Assembly: GCF_006345805.1 (NCBI RefSeq) | Contig: NC_043006.1 | Coordinates: 78,182,001 to 78,246,000, forward strand | Source: Octopus sinensis | Lineage: Eukaryota | Reading direction: 5' to 3' | DNA: 64,000 nt | Part shown: one piece after another, positions 52,928-64,000 of the stretch | Layout: the number at the start of each line of letters is the position of its first letter | How positions within the stretch are numbered: position 1 is the first letter of the stretch | Notes under the pieces: generated by a model | What the model saw: the letters and a program-made list of their open reading frames with translations, nothing else | What the model was told of the DNA's origin: nothing | Databases searched by the model: none | Position numbers and translations under genes: made by a program

Positions 52928-53056
52928 TCTCTTCTGTTGGCCTGCTCGCTTAGCCAGCGGGGTGGCGTCATTCGAAGGCTAAAATAATGCGAACGCATTG
53001 TGACCAGCGATTTGTAGCAACATCTGATGGTCTGGTCGGTCACGTGATCACGTGAT
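52928..53056 (+). mobile_element. 3' part of the SINE family seen at 19665-19951
   Basis: TTAGCCAGCGGGGTGGCGTCATTCGAAGGCT...GTCACGTGATCACGTGAT is the reverse of 19665-19770. Confidence 0.8.
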
Positions 53057-53124
<68 letters not shown>

Positions 53125-53128
<4 letters not shown>

Positions 53129-53432
53129 GCTTTCAGAATGAGATAAAAATCCAAGGCTGTGAAACATTTTAGAAAATTTATAAAGAGAAGGTCTTACAGC
53201 TGTTTCCGGGATATTTTATATATCCCTTCATCGGAGACGGTGTAAGAAAATGGTTAAGCAATAGTTATTCATATTTTATCTAAAATAACTGTTGCTTAAC
53301 CGTCTTCACACACCGTCTCCAATGAAGGGATATATAAAATATCCCGGAAACAGCTATAAGACCGTATATTTATAAATGTTCTAAAACCTTTCACGACCTT
53401 GGATTTTTATCTGATTCTGGAAAAAAAATTAC
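53125..53432. ncRNA. Foldback element with a minimal hammerhead fold (intact on minus 53191-53238; mutated copy in the right arm)
   Basis: The fold reads GTCT-CCGATGA-AGGGATAT-ATAAA-ATATCCCG-GAAA-C-AGCT-GTA-AGAC. The right arm has CCAATGA and CAGCTATA instead. Confidence 0.75.
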
Positions 53433-53595
53433 ATATATATACATGCTGATATATTATATTGGATTCCTTATTCGCATAATCACCAAACCTGGAGCTTAAA
53501 TATAGTCTCTCCATAGCACTTATTCAGCATTACCTGACACCTCTGGGTCTTATTGACACCTTTACCTCTCATAATGTCTCTCTCTCTCTTTCTCT

Positions 53596-53629
<34 letters not shown>

Positions 53630-54420
53630 CAAATTTCCAGAAAACGGGAGACGTAGACAGGCGAGGGAGCATAAGCAGGTGTATTAGTTGAACGTTCGGA
53701 AGAATGGAATAGTCTTTGATGTTTCGAGCCTATGCTCTTCGAGAGAAAATATTGAGAAGAAAAAAGTTGAGTGAGAACGGGAAAAAACGGAAAGAGAAAA
53801 AGATGTGTAGGGATTAATGCTTCAACATGCTGAAATATATGTGTGTGCGTGTCTCTGTGTGTGAGGGGGGCGTGAGTGTCTGTCTGTTTCTCTGACTGTA
53901 AGCATGTTATTTGCAATTTAAATTCTCGAATCAATACTCGTCAACCAGAATTAGTACTATATTTAAGGAGGTGAGTGTTCTCAGAACGTATAAACAAACA
54001 AACTTGTCAGTATTAATTCTGGAACATCGTTCCTGGAGAGAACTGATGTTCATTCCTGCCATATAGGCGTGACTGAAGAAGTTTCGTCAAGCCCTAAAAT
54101 GATTATAGACTACAGATTTGGTAATACGCTTCCCTCTATAACACGTACCCTTGCCGCTTATGTCCTCAAATACAAAGCACCTTTTGACTTTTGTACACAT
54201 GATGTTATATTCAGTGCAAATGATATTCGCAATTATCGTCAATCTCTGAGAATATATGAGGACATTTAAACGTTTTGTTCTTGCAATATCTGTGGGAAAT
54301 CAAGGCGGCGAGCTGGCAGAAACGTTAGCACGTTGAGCTAATTGCTTAGCGGTATTTCGTCTGTCTTTACATTCTGAGTTCACAATGAGATGAACTTCTT
54401 GAAAAAATCTGTTTTCTGCC

Positions 54421-54950
54421 TTAACAATTTGAAATATTTTCTAGAATATCTTTGCGAATTAGATTCTTTGAGCATTAGATTCACAAGACTTATATAGCCA
54501 TATGGGTGGATCAGCTTTAATTCTCAGTCGCATTTCGTTGTATGAATTCTGTAAGTCAAATATATATGAGGGTTGATGAGTTTTTCTAAGCTCTCATCAA
54601 GCAAAAAATTTCCATTTACTCATTATAATCGTAAAATTTGACCGTAAGATAAAAGTACGTGACGAAAAATGGTGTTAATTAGGCACTTAACAATTTGAAA
54701 TATTTTCTAGAATATCTTTGTGAATGAGACTTTGAGCATTAGATTCACAAGACTTTTATAGCCATATGGGTGGATCAGTTTTAATTCTCAGTCGCATTTC
54801 GTTGTGTGAATTCTGTAAGTCAAATATATATGAGGGTTGATGAGTTTTTCTAAGCTCTCATCAAGCAAAAAATTTCCATTTACTCATTATAATCGTAAAA
54901 TTTGACCGTAAGATAAAAGTACGTGAAGAAAAATGGTGTTAATTAGGCAC
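54421..54950 (+). repeat. Direct tandem duplication (54421-54686 and 54687-54950)
   Basis: Two near-identical units of about 265 bp, each starting TTAACAATTTGAAATATTTTC. Confidence 0.93.
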
Positions 54951-55062
54951 TTAGAAACCAAGGAGATTTAAGAACCCATTCTTTTTCGCTATGAATATAT
55001 AAATCAAATACTTATTTTTACCACTGGTAGCGAAAAAAGGTGACATGACAAATGTAACATAC

Positions 55063-55174
55063 CTTCTGCAAAAAAATACCATAGCAATGATGGCTGAAGT
55101 TAGTAAAAATAATCCCATAAGTCCTGCAGCAATAACACCACCCAGTTCCATTGAGTTTGAGGCAGCGAAGACAT
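55063..55174 (-). CDS. Transmembrane exon (phase 1 to 2; VFAASNSMELGGVIAAGLMGLFLLTSAIIAMVFFCR)
   Basis: Acceptor TTTCCCTTTTATTTTAG|AT and donor AGAAG|GTATGT. A hydrophobic stretch of about 24 residues is followed by C-R-R. Confidence 0.82.
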
Positions 55175-55483
55175 CTAAAATAAAAGGGAAATAAATATGT
55201 TAATCATATGTCAGCAATAAATATAATACATAAGAACAGAGATAAACTTAACATGATCATTGCCATCCAGTACTTTCATGAACCGCTACACTCAGTCCTT
55301 TCTTCCTAGAATATCAGCTCTCTGGCACACACTCCCTTACAGAACATTGAAAGGGATGTTAACAGCATCGATCTTGCAGGTCACACAGGGTTGTGAAACT
55401 CAGAGATGCAAATCTTTCCTTCACATCAAACCGCTAAATGAAAATTTTAAAAAATAACATTCAAGCAAGCAAAGAGAAATTGT

Positions 55484-55612
55484 TACTGCTGCCACTACTG
55501 CTGCTGCCACTACTGCTGCTGCCACTACTGCTGCTGCCACTACTGCTGCTGACGCTACTGTTACTGACACTACTGCTACTGATACTACTACTACTACTGT
55601 TGCCGCTACCGC
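55484..55612. repeat. Compound trinucleotide/15-mer repeat (CTGCTGCCACTACTG)n
   Basis: Read directly from the sequence. Confidence 0.9.
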
Positions 55613-55765
55613 CGTTGTTTACCTTCGAATTGTAGGCGCGGGACTTAGCGGTTAGCATGATTGGCTTTTAATAATGGTCATAACAGTCCAATTCTGTCCA
55701 ACTCTTAAAACTCTTAAAACCATGCCAACATGGAAGCTAAAAGATGATATATGTATGCATATATT

Positions 55766-55814
<49 letters not shown>

Positions 55815-57277
55815 AGAGGGGGAGAGAGAAAGAGATACATACATAGATGTAGATACACACATACACACATATAAATATAGATCGAGCGGTATGTAGTAGT
55901 TGTCTACCCAGCTGCAATGAATATCCTTCGAATGTTGGAGCAGTTCTTTCTTCTTCCAGCCATCACTCAAACCTTGCCCGTCCCACTGCGTCATCAGTGA
56001 CGGACCAGAGTGGGTGTCTTTATCGACTCGTGGAAACATAGGTATTAAATCAGCTAGCGAACGCCCACAGAAAGTTTTCCAAGCCATAGTCGCTTGAGAT
56101 TAACGGTTAGATTATTTTTTTGTAAAAGACGTGGCCTTGGGGGATAATGTATTCGGCTCATGATTATAAAGCACAGAGTTTAATTCTTAGGCCTTGCGAT
56201 GTGCTGTGTCCTTGAGTAAGGCTTTTCATTTCATGTTACACTTCCTTTCTACTTTGCTGTAATGAGGAACTAGTCGGATGCTGGTGAAGCCGCCTCCCCT
56301 ACCATCTGTTAAAGCCTGGATGTTTTGCTTAGACAATGGTGAAAGGACCTTGAGGATGTCTAAATTTGCTTGTGACAACAGAAGCACTTAAATAAATTAA
56401 CGAAAGCATGCTAAATGTTAATAAGCTATGGTCGTATCGAGAGAAAGCTAGCTGTACATTTTTAGTCACAGGTCACCCTTCATCGAGCAACTTTTAGTCA
56501 AATACTAGACGCTTCCAACTGTTTTCCTCTATGATATTTAACTGCCATTTCGAAGAGATCAAGGTCCACAGTTTTTATGTAGATTGAAAGGGTTTTCTTG
56601 CAGTAAATCTGAGTTCTAAACTTAGGTTACATCCTGATTGAAAAATTATTGACCTTGCACTGAGACTTTTCATTTCTTGCCGAGAATTTGTTTCCTTTCC
56701 CACTCTGACTCTTCAGTTCGGGGAACGTAAAACTACTCATAAATGCACGTCACAACTAGTTTTCAGTTGTTCAAAAGGCTGATCAAACAGAAATTGGTGT
56801 GAAGAATCGTGGAATACCAAACGTTATTCTGCCTAATTTCACGGATACAAGGAATAAGAAAATGATATTTGTTAAATCTTTTTATTCATTTCCTTCACTT
56901 CATATCGGGTTTCATGGTCTTCCTGTATAAGTATCCATGAACTACTGAAAACTGTCTGCTGTCGCTGTTGTATCAATAATAAAAGAAATATGCTTTAGTC
57001 ACGACTTATCAAATATTTACACTGCTATTAGCAATGTGTACACTATTTTTAGATTACTTGATATGGGCTGTTTTACGTGAAGTAAAGTAAACAAAATAGT
57101 TTCAATTCACGATTGGTACCATTTCACATCCCTATCGACAGAAGCAGGTTTGTGAAATTTATGAGATCTAATTTTGCGTTGTTATGACTATTTAATCCTT
57201 CGTTCCTAAGTGAATACGGAACTAAATTGTATATTTCATAAAAAGGAAAATACATTAAAAAGTTTTGTCGAGGTATA

Positions 57278-57451
57278 TAGGTGCAAGAGTGGCTATGTAG
57301 TAAGTAGCTTGCTTACCAACCACATGGCTCCGGGTTCAGTCCCACTGCGTGGCACCTTGGGTAAGTGTCTTCTACTATAGCCTCGGGCCGACCAAAACCT
57401 TGTGAGTGGATTTGGTAGACGGAAACTGTTTAGAAGCCTGTCGTATATATG

Positions 57452-57484
<33 letters not shown>

Positions 57485-57700
57485 ATATGTTTGTGTGTCT
57501 CTGTTTGTACCCCCACCATTGCTTGACAACCGACGGTGGTGTGTTTACGTCCCCGTAAATTAGCGGTTCAGCAAAAGAGACTGATAGAATAAAAGAATAA
57601 GTCCTGGGGTCGATTTACTCGACTAAAAGGCGGTGCTTCAGCATGGCCGCAGTCAAATGACTGAAACAAGTAAAATAGTACAAGAGTAAAAGACTAAAGA
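57278..57700 (+). mobile_element. Full-length CORE-type SINE
   Basis: Family head, core and tail are all present. Confidence 0.92.
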
Positions 57701-58375
57701 GAGAGTATAAATTTGATTCCATGGAGAAACAAAAATATAGTGTTTGGTATGTTACCAGCGACCTGAATGAGTCACGAGTTCAATTCCTGTTTCAGCTGTT
57801 TCACAACCTACTTCCTCATATCTGTACTTTCTGTACTTTCCGGTCAGAGAATAGTAAACTTTCTCATGCCATGCCTCTCCTTTTCACTTTCTATCTCTCG
57901 CCTTCACATATCCTTCCTTCTTTATTCTGGAGTTTCCATGTTATCATTTAACACTTGGTGGACGAGTGAACACACCGAGTTGACTTTTGAACAAATGTAT
58001 GTCGGCTCTAAATTATTCTGCCTCCCCTCGCACGGTGTTAAATAATAGGACATCGAGAATAGCAGCCTACTGGGTGAAACAGGATTGGCGGAAATAGTGA
58101 GGGCACATGCCTTGTGCACTATATGGCCTCTATCCGTATTTCAACACCACTGTTTTGTTACAGTGTTAAGGTATTCCCGTATAATGATTTCCTTAACAAT
58201 AAAAAGGCTGAAGAATACTCAGCTGTTTAAACTATAATTCAATAGATGATTGATCAAACAACAGGAAAATTCATTGGAGAAATGTCCCTAAGCTACATGC
58301 ATATAGGTATTAATATGTATATACATGAATATGAATATGTGTGTGTGTGTGTTCGTGTGTGTGTGTATTACTAAC

Positions 58376-58575
58376 TTTTTACTTTTTTACTTGTTTCAGT
58401 CATTTGACTGCGGCCATGCTGGAGCACCGCCTTTAGTCGAGCATATCGACCCCGGGACTTATTCTTTGTAAACCCAGTACTTATTCTATCGATCTCTTTT
58501 TGCCGAACCGCCAAGTGACGGGGACGTAAACACACCAGCGATGGTGGGAGGACAAACACAGATACACAAACATAT

Positions 58576-58618
<43 letters not shown>

Positions 58619-58785
58619 TTCGACAGGCTTCTTTCAGTTTCCGTCTACCAAATCCACTCACAAGGCATTGGTCGGCCCGAGGCTATAGCAGAAGACACTT
58701 GCCCAAGATGCCACGCAGTGGGACTGAACCCGGAACCATGTGGTTGGTAAGCAAAATACTTACCACACAGTCACTCCCGCGCCTA
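58376..58785 (-). mobile_element. Full-length CORE-type SINE, inverted relative to 57278-57700
   Basis: Reverse complement of the same family, about 680 bp away. Confidence 0.92.
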
Positions 58786-58813
58786 TATATATATTATATA
58801 TGTATATATATAA

Positions 58814-58851
<38 letters not shown>

Positions 58852-58936
58852 GTGTATATGTATATATATATACGTATATATTTAATATATATACATATAC
58901 ATACACATATAGATATAGATAGATAGATAGATAGAT

Positions 58937-58979
<43 letters not shown>

Positions 58980-59075
58980 TACGAACACACACAAATATAG
59001 TGTATAATTTGATTTGGTAACTATACTCTACCAATATCTTAATCTCTATCTTTGGCATATATATATATATATTAT

Positions 59076-59135
<60 letters not shown>

Positions 59136-59270
59136 CTCGAACGTGTAAATACAGATACACAAATCTATGTATGTGAGTGTTCAGTAAATATTTCGTTTCC
59201 AACCCCCATATATATGTGTGTGAATGTGTGTGTGAGAGAGTGTGTATATATATATGTGTGTCTATATATA

Positions 59271-59308
<38 letters not shown>

Positions 59309-60159
59309 TCATACACACATATATACATACGTTCTTATAATAAATTTTTACGCTAATCAGATTGTGGCTTGCTGGGACACTAATTTCAAGGGATTTTAAT
59401 GGGTCGTATTGATTGCGATACTTATTTTATTCTACTGCTAATTGTACTGTTTTAAATTTTATTGTATGTAGTGTGAGGTAAAGGTGTTTATCGACTGTTC
59501 TGATGGGTAAATAATGAAAGTGGGAGTGGAATAAATGAAATGCTACTTCATGCTGAAGGACAGATAGGAACAGTCTTGATATACTAACAAACAACAAAAT
59601 GAAAATCTGAACAAAAATTCAGTTTTACAATGAGTATTATGATGAAGAATGTTCTGGAATGATATAATTTACATGTAAATTCTTCAATGTTTTGTGAATA
59701 ATACCGTTGTATATTTGTGAACTCAGTACCATAATCTTTCGTTAAATTTTTCTGTCATTAAAACGTCAATGGACTAATAAAAAAAATGTCTATTTTTAAT
59801 GAGTTGTGAACATCATTTTGTGCAGGCAGCTTGCTCAACTATATTTACGAATTATTTTTCACTGCCCTTTGGCTGAGATCAACTAGTAACATTTTACTTT
59901 TGAATAAAAAGAGACGGATTTTAATGTCACGAACTTATTCAACCGTATCACTGCTTGCACTGTTGATTTATTGGGGTCTAAAAGGAAAATCTGCCAAATC
60001 TTCTTCTTCGGGAAAATGATTATTGAACATTCTGTGGGATGCAAAAAAAGAAAAATGGTCCAAAGGTGGATAAACTCCGAGCGGCCAGCGAGCACTGTTT
60101 ATTGCATATGCATGCATATGCGAGTGTGTGTCGATTTAAATATGTATATATATGCACAT

Positions 60160-60447
60160 AATCTAGTGGGTAGAGCAGCGAACTCGCTGTCGAGGGATCG
60201 CGGGTTCAAATCTCAAACCAGGAAATGTATGTGTTTATGAGCGAAACACCTAAGCTCCACGCGGCTCCCGCAGAAGGTAGTGGCAAACTTCTGCTGAATC
60301 TTTCGCCACAACTTTCTCTCACTCTTTCCTCCTGCATCTTGCAGCTCACCTGCGACAGACCGGTGTCCCGTCCAGGTGGGGAACCTATACGCAAAGGAAA
60401 CCGCGAAACCGGCCCTTATGAGCCAGGCGTGGCTCGAGAAGGAACAA
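60160..60447 (+). mobile_element. tRNA-derived SINE with a V-domain-like central segment
   Basis: The head matches the 19665-19951 family. CACCTGCGACAGACCGGTGTCCCGTCCAGGTGGGG resembles the central domain of V-SINEs. Confidence 0.7.
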
Positions 60448-61382
60448 ACATATATGCGCCTAAAAGTATACTCTTAATACTTTATGAAGGTACATGGCCT
60501 AGAGTCTACGGGGTTCAGGTTATGATTATATGGACTTGACTTCACTACTTAGGCCGAACGACGTGCCGTGTCCTCCAGCAAGTCACTTCATTTCTCGTGT
60601 TTTAATCTACAAACCTTTCATGAGCACCGAGCGGTGCTTGTGTAGCCCTGTTCCCCACAACAGCAAGATATTAGAAATTCCGCTGGATCGCGTATAAAAG
60701 GACAAATAAGGTTCTATATCTGCTTTGTTTGTAGTCTCTGATCATCTTGTTTCTTCCTGTTTGTTAAAAGATTACAGAGTCTACACATCTACATAATGTC
60801 ACTACACTTTGTCATCTACATAACGCATGCATTTGCCACCATAAATTTTATGAGCTCGTACTATAGCCGCACCATCTCTCTCTCCCCTCCCCCCTCTCTC
60901 TCTTTCTCTTTTATGTAATAATAGTTCATTTATTATTATTTTATATATTTATTTGCAACCGAGGTAAAGCCAGAGACCGTTAGAGCCACCGAAGATGGTA
61001 AATTTTTCTTTATGGCGAACGAGTATCAGGCGTGTCGATGGTAATGAAATACCACAATTTCTAATGTTTTGGCTCAAATGCAAAACACTGAAGCTGTACC
61101 ATGGTGCTATGTTCTCTGCAGATTTGATGTTGATGGGTGGAAAATTGTGCCATGGACAAGTCATATTAATGCCTGTTTTTATGTTGTGTTTCAGTGGTAA
61201 GGAAGCAACACATCTAAAGAAATTTGTCACCAGAGTCGATATGTATGAGTACGTGTGTGTACATATATACATAAATATATGTGTGTATGTGTGCGCGCGC
61301 GTGTATCGGTGTGTGTATGTGTACACACATATATGGGTGGATAATATATATACACACGCATATATGTATATATGTATGTGTG

Positions 61383-61438
<56 letters not shown>

Positions 61439-61496
61439 ATTAAGTTAGACATGGCCTGGGCCAATACTGGCCAAAACCTTTCTAAGTTATTCTGAG

Positions 61497-61533
<37 letters not shown>

Positions 61534-61676
61534 TGTATGTATGTATATATATATATGCATGTATGTATGTATGTATGTATGTATGTATGTATGTATGTAT
61601 ATACCCACATATGTAGACAGACGGGCGGGCAGACAGACAGACATAGAGACAGACAGACAGATAAATAGATAGATAC

Positions 61677-61714
<38 letters not shown>

Positions 61715-61723
61715 GGATAGATG

Positions 61724-61814
<91 letters not shown>

Positions 61815-63053
61815 GTGTTTGTGATAGAGAGTTTTAAGTAAGTGTGAGTGTACGTATGAATTCACGCAAAAAAATAAGAAACTAGATGTATTTTGTTATA
61901 ATTGAAATAAGCATACTGGAAGAATTGATTTAAATTTAGCAACACATGTATCTGAAAAGATTATAACGATAGTAATCTGTAGTTTTTGTATCACCAGGAA
62001 CAATAATTTGTATGGAAAAGAAAATGACGCAACATGAAGTTAATTGTGAATGGCTGGCTTTCCCTATAGTTGAATAGGCTACAATGAAGTAAAAACAAAG
62101 CGTAGAAGGTGTATATAAATGAACGTAAGATTTTAATCCGAGCTATTATTAAAGTGACAATCATTACTTGTGAAACAACTTTCAGAAAACCTGATCTTAT
62201 AACTGTCATGCTGAGCTTGTAGTTTCAAGGGAATTTACTGTTCATGACCACAAACTTTCGTTAAGTTGGAAGCTTTAACGTCATTTAGTACAGTGACAGG
62301 GTTTTGTGTGGTAATTTTATATTTTTCTTGTTTGAGTTCATCCCTACTGAGTTCATCCCTTCTTCCTAACATAAAGGTGCGGTGATATGTCGTGAAAGAG
62401 AATTCGCGTCGTACCTGTAATAAACCCAATTCTTAGATATGGGTGAGTGCGCTCAATCGTGCGCGAGACAGCTAAACAGCCACACAATTGAGTGTGTGTC
62501 TAGGGACGCCTAAACAGGACGGATCGGCCTAAATAGCGATCGATGTGATGATGGATCACCAGACACATATTCTATTAAATGCTGGAATAAGTATTTGTAC
62601 TTTTTACACACGCTCTCAAAATCGACTAAGATACGATGTCCTGGAGAACCATACACAATATCTCTTTTCCTTAAGAAAAGAGGGATGAACTAAGTACTTA
62701 CAATATTTCCTTATCTACCACACTACAGAAAAACAGCATACTTTGCAAGTATGGAAATACGGCAACGTGTGGTCTAAGAATAACTATAGAACTTTGTGTC
62801 TTTCTGTTTTAATGCATATGAAAATAGAGTGTTATATTTCAATCCTCATTTTAATATTAATAGACTAATAGACTAATAAAAATATAGATGAATGCGTGTA
62901 GTGAAGTGGGAATTAATATGACATGTTTTATGCTGTACGCCACAGGTTTGTGCTATATTTTTGATGTCTGAGGAAAAATATTCATGAGCTAAATTACTAA
63001 TTGTGGTAAAATAAAGACAGGAAAGAAGAAAACCCAAATATAAACGATACGAG

Positions 63054-63110
<57 letters not shown>

Positions 63111-63477
63111 ACACATACAAATACACACACATGTACACACAGGCACACACACATACGCACACTCATACACCACACACATACACATACTCATAGACACACA
63201 CATATACGTGTGTGTCTGAGTATACACACACATGCAAACATACACACACACGTGTGTGTGTATACAAAATCCACTCACAAGGCTTTGGTTGGCCCGAGGC
63301 TACAGGAGAATAGACGCCTAGGAAGAATTTCTTACAATATATTTTTATTTATCAAAGAAACTTCAGTTCACTTCTTAAATCTTGGACTCAATCCATTTGT
63401 ACACTGCCGAGCATATTTTATACATCGAAACTCTCCCTACATTTGTTGACTGCTGTTTCTGAAGAGCAAAATATAAT

Positions 63478-63790
63478 GTCTGGCCTAGTGGATTGTGTGT
63501 TGAACTCACGATCGCGAGAACAGGGTTTCAATTCATAGCCTGGCTGGTGTATTGTGTTCCTGAGCAAAACCCTTCACCTTACGTGGCTCTGCAATCACTT
63601 CGACACCTGATGCTTGGTATACTGTGCACCTGTTCAGATAATGTCGATTTGATGAAGGGAGTGAGCTAACGTACTGCACATACATTCGATCACTATAAAC
63701 TGCTGGTTGTTCGATAAAAAGCTGAACACTGATACACCATCTTCAACGAGACAATCCATCAGAGACTGAATAGCAGAAATTATATTTTTG
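63478..63790 (+). mobile_element. Degenerate tRNA-derived SINE
   Basis: TGGCCTAGTGGATTGTGTGTTGAACTCACGATCGCGAGAACAGGGTTTCAATTC head followed by TTGTGTTCCTGAGCAAAAC. Confidence 0.55.
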
Positions 63791-64000
63791 TATTTAACAT
63801 AATACTAATACTAATGAGATAGCTCACCATTAAAGACTACCTATGCTTTCACGCTTCTTTGTAGTTTATTAAAAATGTTCACAAAATGTGTTGGGCAACC
63901 AAGTTTACACAAAACAATCCATAGTGCCTCCCTGTTTAATGTGTCAAATGCCTTAATTAAATCTATGAAAATCTGGTATAGTGGCATTTGATCCTCTAAT

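Noticed and set aside
62235-62415. Possible exon VRREFSFTTYHR...NLTK after a TTACAG acceptor
   Set aside because: It is open only in phase 0, has no strong donor, and does not chain with the other candidate exons.

Overview
AT-rich, microsatellite-dense eukaryotic DNA. The SINE families and repeat landscape look like an octopus (cephalopod) genome; this is an inference from family resemblance. One host gene can be assembled on the minus strand from splice signals and matching phases: a transmembrane exon (55063-55174), exon 37651-37925, two 31-nt microexons (34831-34861 and 33153-33183) and a terminal exon (29937-30458). It encodes an unidentified single-pass membrane protein with a tyrosine-rich tail of about 290 aa; its 5' part is unresolved. 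The rest of the window is mostly mobile DNA: SINEs, CR1/L2-like and RTE-like LINE relics, Tc1/mariner relics, non-autonomous Helitron-like elements, a piggyBac-type MITE, 5S and tRNA-Glu pseudogenes, and many Penelope-like element (PLE) derivatives. Two things stand out. First, a decayed 4.1-kb PLE (2211-6300, minus) whose single ORF appears to run: hydrophobic leader ending in a 2A/StopGo-like motif (GSIELNPGP), PLE N-terminal motif, Ulp1/SENP-like cysteine protease, RT, Cys knuckle, GIY-YIG. Second, several sequence-unrelated, (TA)n-associated foldback elements carry minimal type-I hammerhead ribozyme folds, all with a CCGANGA core in place of the canonical CUGANGA. All protein and RNA-fold assignments were made by eye; no database search was run.
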